Part shown: piece after piece, positions 15,917 through 23,551 of the stretch
How positions within the stretch are numbered: the first letter of the stretch is position 1
Layout of the letters: each line of letters starts with the position of its first letter
From: Gammaproteobacteria bacterium
GTDB lineage: Bacteria; Pseudomonadota; Gammaproteobacteria; Steroidobacterales; JABDLF01
Direction: 5' to 3'
Length of the DNA: 64,000 bases
Assembly: GCA_041565075.1 (NCBI GenBank)
Contig: JBFGOQ010000001.1
Span: forward strand, 30,340-94,339
Translations under genes and position numbers: made by a program
The notes under the pieces: model-generated
The model's database searches: none
Seen by the model: the letters and a program-made list of their open reading frames with translations, nothing else
Told to the model about the DNA's origin: nothing

Positions 15917-18361
15917 TCAGTTTTTCTTGATATCGACGATCTTGTTGCCAGCCAGACGTCGACCCGATTTTCGCAGCAGCTCGGTGAATTCCTCGGCCGG
16001 AACAGGCTTGCTGAACAGGTATCCCTGCATAACGTGACAGCTGCGCTTGGCCAGAAATTCTGCCTGCTCCTTTGTTTCGACACCTTCGGCGATCACTGAT
16101 TTCTTAAGACTGTGTGCCATACCAATAATGGCCTCGGTAATCGCCCGATCATCCGGGTCGGTGGTAATGTCATTGACAAAAGAGCGGTCGATTTTTATCA
16201 CGTCAATGGGCAGCCGCTTCAGGTAGCTGAGAGATGAATATCCGGTGCCGAAATCATCGACGGAAATTCCAATGCCCATGGATTTCAATTCGCCCAGCGT
16301 GCGCGTCGTCTCGACGGCATTTCTCATAATGATGCCCTCGGTCAGTTCCAGCTCCAGCAAGCGGGCATTCAGACCGGACTTTATCAGCGCTTGCGCGATC
16401 ATGAGCACCAGATTGGACTGTCGAAATTGTCGCCCTGATAGGTTTACGGCGACCTTGAGATCCTTGAAACCCTTGGTGTGCCAAAGTTGCGCTTGTTTGC
16501 AGGCTGTATTGAGCACCCAATCGCCGATCTTGTGGATAAGCCCCGTTTCCTCTGCCAGCGGGATAAATTCCATCGGCGACACCATCCCACGGTCCGGGTG
16601 CCGCCAGCGCAGTAATGCTTCGCAACCGACAATGGTGTTGCTGCGGCCATCGAATTGCGGTTGATAGTATAGTTCGAGCTGCTCGTGGTCCACGGCGCGC
16701 CTGAGATCGTTTTCCAGGGACAGGCGGTCGACAGTCAGCGCATTCATGTTTTCGTTATAAAACTGGTAAGTGTTTCTGCCGGCGTCTTTTGCGTGATACA
16801 TGGCTGTATCGGCGTTTTTCAGCAAGCTCTGGGTGTCGGTCCCGTGTTGTGGGAATTGCGCAACGCCGACGCTGGCACTGATCGTGACTTCGTGATCGCC
16901 GAGCGTAATTGGCTGCGCCAATTCTTCCAGCACCTGGCTGGCAAAATTCCGGATATCGTTGAGGTCCACCAGGCCAGTCATGGCGAGCGCGAACTCATCG
17001 GCTCCGACGCGCGCCACGAAGCCGCGCGGTACCACGCTGGCGAACGGGTCGTTTGTCGCTGGCTTGTCGAGACGTCGCGACAAGCGTTCCGCCACGATAC
17101 ACAGAAGATCATCACCGGCGATATGCCCGAGTGTGTCATTGATTCGCTTGAAGCGATCCAGATCGAGATAAAGTATCGTTAATTTTCGACTGTCCTGGCG
17201 TGCGGCCTCGAGTTCGTGCTCGAGCCGGTCGTAGAAGTTCAGCCGGTTTGGCAGACGCGTCAGGTCGTCGTTAAAAGCCAGAAACTTCACACGCTCTTCC
17301 GCCATACGGCGCTCGGTTACGTCGCACATAACCAAGATCGATGCCAGGTTGGTATCGTGGCGGTCGTGCATGCGCGAGGCCGAGAGGCTTAGTATTTTTT
17401 GCGCTCCTTCCTGGTCGTCGTAGGGAATCTCGAGGTTACGAACCAGTCTGCCGCTGTCGAGCTCATCGAGAACATCCTGCAGGTGCATGCTGGCCAGGTG
17501 CTTGTCGGCAGGCGTGCCTACCAGGTCTGACTCACTGAGTCCGAGAAGTTCGCTGGCAGCGGGATTGACCAGGCAGATGCGAGCGTTCTCATCGAGCACC
17601 AATAGTGCATCGCTCATGGTTTCGATGATTTTGCGGCTGGCTACTGCCGGCGTAATATCAATGAGATGGTAATGCCAGGTTATCAACGCCATGATGCAGA
17701 AAAACACGAACAGCATGGTAAAGCCGAAGGGGTAGACTGGCATGCCAAAAGTTGCGAGTACGTCAACGACGCTCAAGCTGGCAATTGCCACACCGATCAG
17801 CAACAGTCGGATACGTCGTCGGGTAATACTGCCTCTTTCCGCTACCTTATAGGCTTGCCACAAAAGGTAGAGACTGCTGCCAAGCATGACCGATACAAAT
17901 GTCACGAACAACAGGCCTGCCGGCCCGTAGCGGGGATAAAAACCCCAGTAGTGGCGGTATATCCCGCTGGTGTGCAGGTCGGAAAACAAAACCAGCAGGA
18001 AGAAAGCTGACGAGACGGCTGCTGCCGCATAGACCGCCAACTGAAGTTGTTCCAGCCTGTTTACCAGGCGCACCGCAAAAAAGAACGCGCAAGCCGGGAG
18101 AAACGCAATTGCAAGTTGCCCGAAGCGCGCCCAGAACTCTGCCACCTCAACGATCTGTGACAGGTACATCATGGTGGCGCCACACATCCACAGAAACAGA
18201 CACAGGGTAACCAGTCCAAAGGGCAAGGCGACCCGGGAACCGCGTTCGCGGCTCAAGGTAATGATGCCAATCAGTGCGCCGGTAATGGCTGTCGCCAGCG
18301 TGGCGAGCGCATGCGGATTGAAGGCATAGGCTTCGGGCTTGAATATCAGTGATGCGAGCAT
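15917..18361 (-). CDS. Polytopic-membrane PAS-GGDEF-EAL protein (degenerate GADEF, canonical EAL; predicted c-di-GMP phosphodiesterase)
   Basis: The ORF is 814 aa. About 230 aa of hydrophobic multi-pass N-terminal domain are followed by a PAS-like segment. The GGDEF domain has ARVGADEFALAM and no RxxD. The EAL domain has the full motif set: EALLRW, NLS, ELELTE, DDFGTGYSSL, KIDRSF, AEGVET and QGY. Confidence 0.9.
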   Translation of the reverse strand: MLASLIFKPEAYAFNPHALATLATAITGALIGIITLSRERGSRVALPFGLVTLCLFLWMCGATMMYLSQIVEVAEFWARFGQLAIAFLPACAFFFAVRLVNRLEQLQLAVYAAAAVSSAFFLLVLFSDLHTSGIYRHYWGFYPRYGPAGLLFVTFVSVMLGSSLYLLWQAYKVAERGSITRRRIRLLLIGVAIASLSVVDVLATFGMPVYPFGFTMLFVFFCIMALITWHYHLIDITPAVASRKIIETMSDALLVLDENARICLVNPAASELLGLSESDLVGTPADKHLASMHLQDVLDELDSGRLVRNLEIPYDDQEGAQKILSLSASRMHDRHDTNLASILVMCDVTERRMAEERVKFLAFNDDLTRLPNRLNFYDRLEHELEAARQDSRKLTILYLDLDRFKRINDTLGHIAGDDLLCIVAERLSRRLDKPATNDPFASVVPRGFVARVGADEFALAMTGLVDLNDIRNFASQVLEELAQPITLGDHEVTISASVGVAQFPQHGTDTQSLLKNADTAMYHAKDAGRNTYQFYNENMNALTVDRLSLENDLRRAVDHEQLELYYQPQFDGRSNTIVGCEALLRWRHPDRGMVSPMEFIPLAEETGLIHKIGDWVLNTACKQAQLWHTKGFKDLKVAVNLSGRQFRQSNLVLMIAQALIKSGLNARLLELELTEGIIMRNAVETTRTLGELKSMGIGISVDDFGTGYSSLSYLKRLPIDVIKIDRSFVNDITTDPDDRAITEAIIGMAHSLKKSVIAEGVETKEQAEFLAKRSCHVMQGYLFSKPVPAEEFTELLRKSGRRLAGNKIVDIKKN

Positions 18362-18535
18362 GGTTTCATTTCAAGACAAACAGATGTTGCAGAATACTTA
18401 TCGGGATATCGCCTGGCTGTTAGCCTTGATTAATAGAAGTCAGCAAATTAAATGTCTGTACATCATGCCTTACAAAGTGCGTATGACCCATCGGGAGAAC
18501 CCTGAATTAAACGCCATTAGCGGCATCTGTTGGTA

Positions 18536-18549
18536 CCAGTTCACAGATT
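18536..18549 (+). promoter_or_regulatory. CCAGTTCACAGATT motif, copy 2
   Basis: This is an exact repeat of the 14-mer at 15674..15687. It lies 124 nt upstream of the ATG of small gene B. Confidence 0.35.
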
Positions 18550-18622
18550 TTTCGCATTTAGTGTGACCTGCGTCTGAGTTTTGTTGACCGGCCAGTACCG
18601 CCGGTTGCGACACGAACATGTT

Positions 18623-18638
18623 TGTGACTCCAGTCACG
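18623..18638. promoter_or_regulatory. CRP-type box TGTGA-CTCCAG-TCACG upstream of small gene B
   Basis: Read directly: atgTTTGTGACTCCAGTCACGGc. It shares TTTGTGAC....GTCACG with the pgaA site. A TATGGT -10-like hexamer at 18659..18664 lies 20 nt downstream, and the ATG is at 18673. Confidence 0.5.
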
Positions 18639-18672
18639 GCAATTCATGAGCGTCACGGTATGGTGGTGTGCC

Positions 18673-18870
18673 ATGGGCGCAAAATTTCACACCAGTTTTC
18701 TAGTTCAGGACATCGGCTCCAGCCTGTGTCGCGAGGTAAACGCGGTCGTCGAAGTCAGCCGTCTGCCCGGCGCCATGCTCGAGCAGGAGGACATCGAGCA
18801 GATTCTGACGGACAGCCTTGAAATCGAGGCCGCGGAGTTGCGACTCATTCACTGGTCACGCCTGCACTGA
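18673..18870 (+). CDS. Small protein of unknown family, paralogue B (65 aa)
   Basis: MGAKFHTSFLVQDIGSSLCREVNAVVEVSRLPGAMLEQEDIEQILTDSLEIEAAELRLIHWSRLH. It is a gapless paralogue of the product of 15719..15916. The track ORF starts at ATG 18646, so the start is uncertain. Confidence 0.6.
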   Translation: MGAKFHTSFLVQDIGSSLCREVNAVVEVSRLPGAMLEQEDIEQILTDSLEIEAAELRLIHWSRLH

Positions 18871-18890
18871 GAGAATCCAGGTTTTTTCCA

Positions 18891-18918
18891 AAGCCGCCGC
18901 AAGGCGGCTTTTCTGTTT
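18891..18918. terminator. Stem-loop between convergent small gene B and ppnN
   Basis: The 8-bp perfect stem AAGCCGCC-gcaa-GGCGGCTT is followed by TTCTGTTT on the plus strand. Confidence 0.55.
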
Positions 18919-18935
18919 GTGCAAGTGATGCAGGG

Positions 18936-20306
18936 TCAGCTTACCAGGCGGTAGCAAGGTTTATAGTCCTGGCCCCTTAGCTTCATACGGTACTGTGCCA
19001 CGAATGAACTCAAGAGTTCATCGAGGTTAGCCATCAGGCGAGCGTCACCCTTGATCTCGAATGGCCCTTTTTCCTCGATGGCGCGGATGCCTGGTTCCTT
19101 TACATTACCCGCGACAATTCCCGAGAAAGCGCGCCTGAGATTGGCGGCCAGCACATGGACGGGCTGATCCTTGTGCAGGGCCAGCGCGCGCATGTTTTCA
19201 TGGCTGGGTTCGAAGGGCATCTGAAACTCCTCTTCTATGCGCAGCAGCCAGTTAAAATAGAATGCATCTTTGCCGGCGATCCGGTACTTGCGCACTTTTT
19301 GCATGCCACGCCGCATGATTTTGGCAACCGCGGCCGGATCGGCGATCACAATGCGATACATTTCGCAGGCTTCAGGCCCCAGGGTCTCGCGAATAAAACG
19401 ATCGATTTGCTTGAAATAATCGGCCGACTCTCGCGGGCCGGTAAAGACCAGCGGCAAGGGCATATCGCGGTTTGCCGGATTGAGCAAGATGCCCAGCAGA
19501 TAGAGAATTTCCTCGGCGGTGCCTGCGCCGCCCGGAAATACGACGACGCCGTGACCCATGCGAACGAAAGCCTCGAGGCGTTTTTCGATGTCCGGCAGGA
19601 TCACCAGGCCATTGACGATAGGGTTGGGAGACTCGGCCGCGATAATGCCTGGTTCCGACACGCCAAGGTAGCGGCCGTCTTTGATACGCTGTTTCGAGTG
19701 GCCGATCGTGGCACCTTTCATCGGGCCCTTCATGGCACCCGGTCCGCAGCCAGTGCATACATCGAGGCCGCGCAGCCCGAGTTCATACCCGACTTCCTTG
19801 GTGTATTCGTACTCCTCGCGCCCGATCGAATGGCCACCCCAGCACACGACCAGGCGTGGGTCACGGTTCGGGATCAACATGCGGGCATTTCTCAAGATAT
19901 GGAATACTGCCGACGTTATGTGCTCGGAATCCGCGAGGTCGAAGGTACCGCTGTCGTAAATCTCGTTGCGCGTATAGATAATGTCACGCAGCACGGCGAA
20001 CAGATGTTCCTGGATGCCACGAATCATACGTCCGTCGACAAAGGCTGTTTGGGGTGCATTGCGGACTTCCAGCTTTATGCCGCGGTCCTGCTGCACCAGC
20101 TCGATGTCGAAGTTCTTGTATTGCTCGAATACCTGCTTGGCGTCGTCAGTAGTGCTACCGCTATTGAGGACCGCCAGCGCGCAGCGCCGGAACAGATCCT
20201 GCAGGCCATCCTTGCTGCTGTCGCGCAACGCCAGCACCTCGAGTTGCGACAAGACCTCGAGGCTACCCTCAGGCGTGACACGAATTTCCTTGCTCTTTCT
20301 TGTCAT
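18936..20306 (-). CDS. ppnN: Nucleotide 5'-monophosphate nucleosidase PpnN (YgdH; LOG-family)
   Basis: The ORF is 456 aa, the same size class as E. coli PpnN. It has the LOG-family PGGxGTxxE motif (VVFPGGAGTAEEI). Full-length resemblance was recognised by eye. Confidence 0.85.
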   Translation of the reverse strand: MTRKSKEIRVTPEGSLEVLSQLEVLALRDSSKDGLQDLFRRCALAVLNSGSTTDDAKQVFEQYKNFDIELVQQDRGIKLEVRNAPQTAFVDGRMIRGIQEHLFAVLRDIIYTRNEIYDSGTFDLADSEHITSAVFHILRNARMLIPNRDPRLVVCWGGHSIGREEYEYTKEVGYELGLRGLDVCTGCGPGAMKGPMKGATIGHSKQRIKDGRYLGVSEPGIIAAESPNPIVNGLVILPDIEKRLEAFVRMGHGVVVFPGGAGTAEEILYLLGILLNPANRDMPLPLVFTGPRESADYFKQIDRFIRETLGPEACEMYRIVIADPAAVAKIMRRGMQKVRKYRIAGKDAFYFNWLLRIEEEFQMPFEPSHENMRALALHKDQPVHVLAANLRRAFSGIVAGNVKEPGIRAIEEKGPFEIKGDARLMANLDELLSSFVAQYRMKLRGQDYKPCYRLVS

Positions 20307-20330
20307 TATCTGCGAACTCTTGTTTTCTTT

Positions 20331-20855
20331 TCAGTCGTCGTAGCAGTAAGCCGTACCAAAATGCGCATGGCGGATCTGATCTCCCGCATGTATCCCCCGC
20401 CGGCTGGCCGCACCACCCGGCAGTTCCAGCACGGCATAGACAGCTTGTTCGGATGAAATGTAATCCAGGGAGTGCGGAATCGCATTTTCATGAATCTTCA
20501 CAATGGTGCCCTGTGCGTCGGCGAACAGGATATCCAAAGGAATAAAAGTGTTGCGCATCCACATGGAAATTTCACGCTCGGCCTGCATTGCAAACAGCAT
20601 ACCCAGGTCGTCGTCGAGTTCCTGCACGAACATCAGCCCGCGTGAAAATTCCTGCGGTGTCCTGGCGACCCAGATTCTGAATCGCCAGCAGCGGGCCATG
20701 CGCGTGGCGACCCACAATGGTGTTACAGGCTGAAACCTGAGCCAGGTGGCTTCCACTGGCAAAGCCTCACCTTCGTCGGCCGATGCCACAGTCATCAGCA
20801 GGCAGGCGAAGAGCAATGCTAGGGCACGACGCCGGTATGAATAAAGGTGGCTCAT
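20331..20855 (-). CDS. DUF192-domain secreted protein
   Basis: A signal peptide is followed by the DUF192 core MWMRNTFIPLDILFADAQGTIVKIHENAIPHS...YVLELPGG. Confidence 0.75.
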   Translation of the reverse strand: MSHLYSYRRRALALLFACLLMTVASADEGEALPVEATWLRFQPVTPLWVATRMARCWRFRIWVARTPQEFSRGLMFVQELDDDLGMLFAMQAEREISMWMRNTFIPLDILFADAQGTIVKIHENAIPHSLDYISSEQAVYAVLELPGGAASRRGIHAGDQIRHAHFGTAYCYDD

Positions 20856-21018
20856 TTTCTCTCGATGCTTTCAGCGGCCGGGCATTATAGCCGCATGTCG
20901 TTGTTGCATGCCTGTTTGCGCCCCGCATCAGGCACCGCGGCTTATGACATAAGCACTCTTTGTGCCCCCAATAGTATGCTGATACTGTGTAAGGCGGTCC
21001 GGAATCAGCGCCATGTTC

Positions 21019-21061
21019 CTTGACGCACGTCACTGACGCCGATTGGAGGCACCGCTATAAT
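21019..21061 (+). promoter_or_regulatory. Putative crp promoter (-35 CTGACG 21033..21038, 17-nt spacer, -10 TATAAT 21056..21061) with an overlapping CRP-like box CTTGA-CGCACG-TCACT (21019..21034)
   Basis: Read directly: ccTTGACGCACGTCACTGACGcc...gcTATAATcc. The inverted repeat TGACG-CA-CGTCA is present. The box-to-(-10) gap is exactly 21 nt, which is class II spacing. Confidence 0.5.
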
Positions 21062-21093
21062 CCGGGCCGTCGTAGACAGCTCAGGAGACATTC

Positions 21094-21765
21094 ATGCGCA
21101 GTCCGCCCGTCGAACGCACGGACATTCCGGCGCTCAAGAGCTTCGTGGAATACTGCCGCGTGAGGCATGCGCCGTCGCGCAGCATGATTATCCATGCTGG
21201 CGACGTCTCCGACAGCCTGTTCTACGTCCTTGAAGGATCCGTCGAGGTCATGATCGAGGATGAGGACGGCAAGGAAATCGTGCTCGCCTATCTGAACCCC
21301 GGGCACTTTTTCGGTGAGATGGGGTTTTTTGCCGGACAAACCGAACGCACGGCCTGGGTTCGCGCCCGCACAGACTGCCGGGTTGCGGAAATGACCTACG
21401 TGCGTTTTCGCCAGTTCGCGGATGAAAATCCCGAACTGGTTATGGAGCTGGCTGTGCAGCTCGCCACCCGTCTTAGCCGCACCAATCGCAAAATCGGGGA
21501 TCTGGCATTTCTCGATGTTACCGGTCGCGTGGCCCATGCTCTGATGAACCTCGCCGATGAACCTGATGCTGTGTCGGTGCCGGGCGGTATGGCGGTGTCC
21601 GTTACGCGTTCGCAGCTTGCCCGACTGGTAGGATGCACCAGAGAAATGGTGGGTCGGGTGCTCAAGATCCTGGTCGATCAGAATCTCATTGAAGACCAGG
21701 GCCGCGTCCTGGTGGTCTTGCGCCGGCCCGAGCCGGCGTCTGAGGAAGTCGAACAGGCCGGTTAA
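21094..21765 (+). CDS. crp: CRP/Vfr/Clp-family global transcription regulator
   Basis: The 223-aa ORF is collinear with E. coli CRP. The cNMP pocket reads GEMGFF...ERTAWVRARTDCRVAEMTY. The HTH region reads DLAFLDVTGRVAHAL...VTRSQLARLVGCTREMVGRVLKIL and keeps the R-E...R recognition residues that read TGTGA. Confidence 0.9.
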   Translation: MRSPPVERTDIPALKSFVEYCRVRHAPSRSMIIHAGDVSDSLFYVLEGSVEVMIEDEDGKEIVLAYLNPGHFFGEMGFFAGQTERTAWVRARTDCRVAEMTYVRFRQFADENPELVMELAVQLATRLSRTNRKIGDLAFLDVTGRVAHALMNLADEPDAVSVPGGMAVSVTRSQLARLVGCTREMVGRVLKILVDQNLIEDQGRVLVVLRRPEPASEEVEQAG

Positions 21766-21835
21766 AATTCTCTGGCGCGCTAAGGCGCGTGTATCACTGA
21801 CCTATCTGCGCTGCCACCCGGCCGGTTCCGGCAAG

Positions 21836-22966
21836 TCACACCGGGTCATCCAATGCCTGTACAGATTGCGTGAAATATCTTTGCAAGTCACGCGGCAGTC
21901 GCGTGACATCTTCCTGGTCGAGGTTGTCGGGAAACGCTCGCGAATTGTAAGTATTCCAGAACAGCACTCGCTTGCCACGCAAGCGCCCCGAATCCAGGTC
22001 ATGGAGCAGCGCGGCGAAGGCCTTGCCAGTGTAGGTGCCTTCGAGTCCGGGTGCACCGAGTTGTCTGGCATGGGCGATCGCCTGCATACCGGCCCGCGTA
22101 AAACGCGCGTATTCGCCGCCGTAAAACTCATCTCTGAATTCCAGGCCGGAAAAATCGTCCCCGGTCCCGGGCATGGCCGGGACAATGCGGTGCAGCCGGG
22201 TCGAGGTCGCCTCGGCGAGTCGCATAAAGCGCTGCGGATTGGCAACGCGCTCATGCACTACCCGCACACAGACCAGGTGACTGGAGAGGCCGGCTGCGCG
22301 CATGCCGATCAGGAGCCCGGCGGCGGTGCCCATAGTTCCCAGAGCGACGTAAACATAGTCCGGCTCCGGCAGCTCACCGGCGTCGATCTGGGCGCGCAGT
22401 TCGAAGCCGGCGTTGACGAAGCCGACCGTGCCAAGCGCGGAAGAGCCGCCGCCGGCCGCGACATAGGGGGCGACACCGTCAGCGATGCGATGCCGCAGGC
22501 GAACCCAGGGCACGGCGCGCCGGGCTGACCGATCGTCGGGGTAGGCATGAAATTCGATTCCGGCCCTGAGGCCCATGCGTAGGTTACGTGCTACGTAGCG
22601 CGCATTTACTTGTGGTATGAGCATGGATATGCCGGTCAGGCCACTTGCCCTGGCGTAGATGCCGGTGGCGAGTGCGTGGTTGGACCCGGCGGTGCCGAAA
22701 GTCATGATTTTTCGCGCCCCGCACGCCAGCGCGGCGCCCACCAGGTATTCGAGCTTGCGCACTTTGTTTCCGCCATAGCTCGCACCGCTGAGGTCGTCGC
22801 GCTTGATCCACAATTGGGTGTCGGTCTGTTCGAGCAGCAAAGTCTCGACCGGCGTGGGTAATGTCGCCAGGCGCTTGCGCGGCAGCGCGTCGGCAAGGAC
22901 GGGGAAGGCTTGTTCGAGGTAATGCATGGCTGCATGCTTGTAGCCGCGTTGTGCGCCTGCCGTCAA
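21836..22966 (-). CDS. PLP-dependent ACC deaminase / D-cysteine desulfhydrase family enzyme
   Basis: It has the motif SYGGNKVRKLEYLVG (PLP lysine), a tryptophan-synthase-beta-like fold and a length of 376 aa. Confidence 0.75.
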   Translation of the reverse strand: MTAGAQRGYKHAAMHYLEQAFPVLADALPRKRLATLPTPVETLLLEQTDTQLWIKRDDLSGASYGGNKVRKLEYLVGAALACGARKIMTFGTAGSNHALATGIYARASGLTGISMLIPQVNARYVARNLRMGLRAGIEFHAYPDDRSARRAVPWVRLRHRIADGVAPYVAAGGGSSALGTVGFVNAGFELRAQIDAGELPEPDYVYVALGTMGTAAGLLIGMRAAGLSSHLVCVRVVHERVANPQRFMRLAEATSTRLHRIVPAMPGTGDDFSGLEFRDEFYGGEYARFTRAGMQAIAHARQLGAPGLEGTYTGKAFAALLHDLDSGRLRGKRVLFWNTYNSRAFPDNLDQEDVTRLPRDLQRYFTQSVQALDDPV

Positions 22967-23032
22967 GTGGGTTCTCGATACCGCGGACCTTGACCCGCGA
23001 TTAATCCTGCGTTTAGCGCTAAAATTTCAGCC

Positions 23033-23551
23033 ATGGCCGCCAAACGCTGCATCTATTTTGCTTACGGATCCAACCTGCATCCCTTGCGATTGCAGGAGCG
23101 TGTGCCTTCTGCCCGCGTGATTGGTGTGTCCTCGCTTGAACGTCATCTGGTGGTCTATGGCAAGCGTGGTCTGGACGGCTCGGGGAAGTGCACCGTTACG
23201 CCTGAGTGCGGCATCCGCGGGCGCGTGCATGGCGTGTTATTTGAGATGGCGGTAACCGAGCGGCGTGCGCTGGATGCAGCGGAGGGGCCGGCGTACGAGC
23301 GCAAAGTGGCCACCTTCCATTTGGGCGGCGGCCGCTTGCAGGGGTTTTACTACGAGGCCCGTTCGCTCGTCGAGGATGAATTCCTGGCACCCTTCGACTG
23401 GTATCGCGACCTCGTGGTAGCGGGTGCCAGATTTCATACCTTGCCCGAGCGGCATGTCGCCAATCTTGCTGCCGTTACGTGTCAGCCTGATCCTGACACT
23501 ATTCGGTCGGCCCGCATGCGCGCGCTCCTCGCCCGCATGTCACTTTTCTGA
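23033..23551 (+). CDS. Gamma-glutamylcyclotransferase (GGCT/AIG2-like) family protein
   Basis: It has the N-terminal signature IYFAYGSNLHPLRLQERV and a conserved acidic residue in GVLFEM. The ORF is 172 aa. Confidence 0.75.
   Translation: MAAKRCIYFAYGSNLHPLRLQERVPSARVIGVSSLERHLVVYGKRGLDGSGKCTVTPECGIRGRVHGVLFEMAVTERRALDAAEGPAYERKVATFHLGGGRLQGFYYEARSLVEDEFLAPFDWYRDLVVAGARFHTLPERHVANLAAVTCQPDPDTIRSARMRALLARMSLF

Noticed and set aside
19155-20456. A 433-aa ORF on the plus strand, the longest unexplained ORF in the track.
   Set aside because: It is entirely antisense to ppnN and runs into the DUF192 gene. Its composition is rich in Arg, Ala, His, Gln and Asp, typical of GC-rich shadow frames. 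ppnN on the other strand has a clear family signature. I treat it as a shadow ORF.
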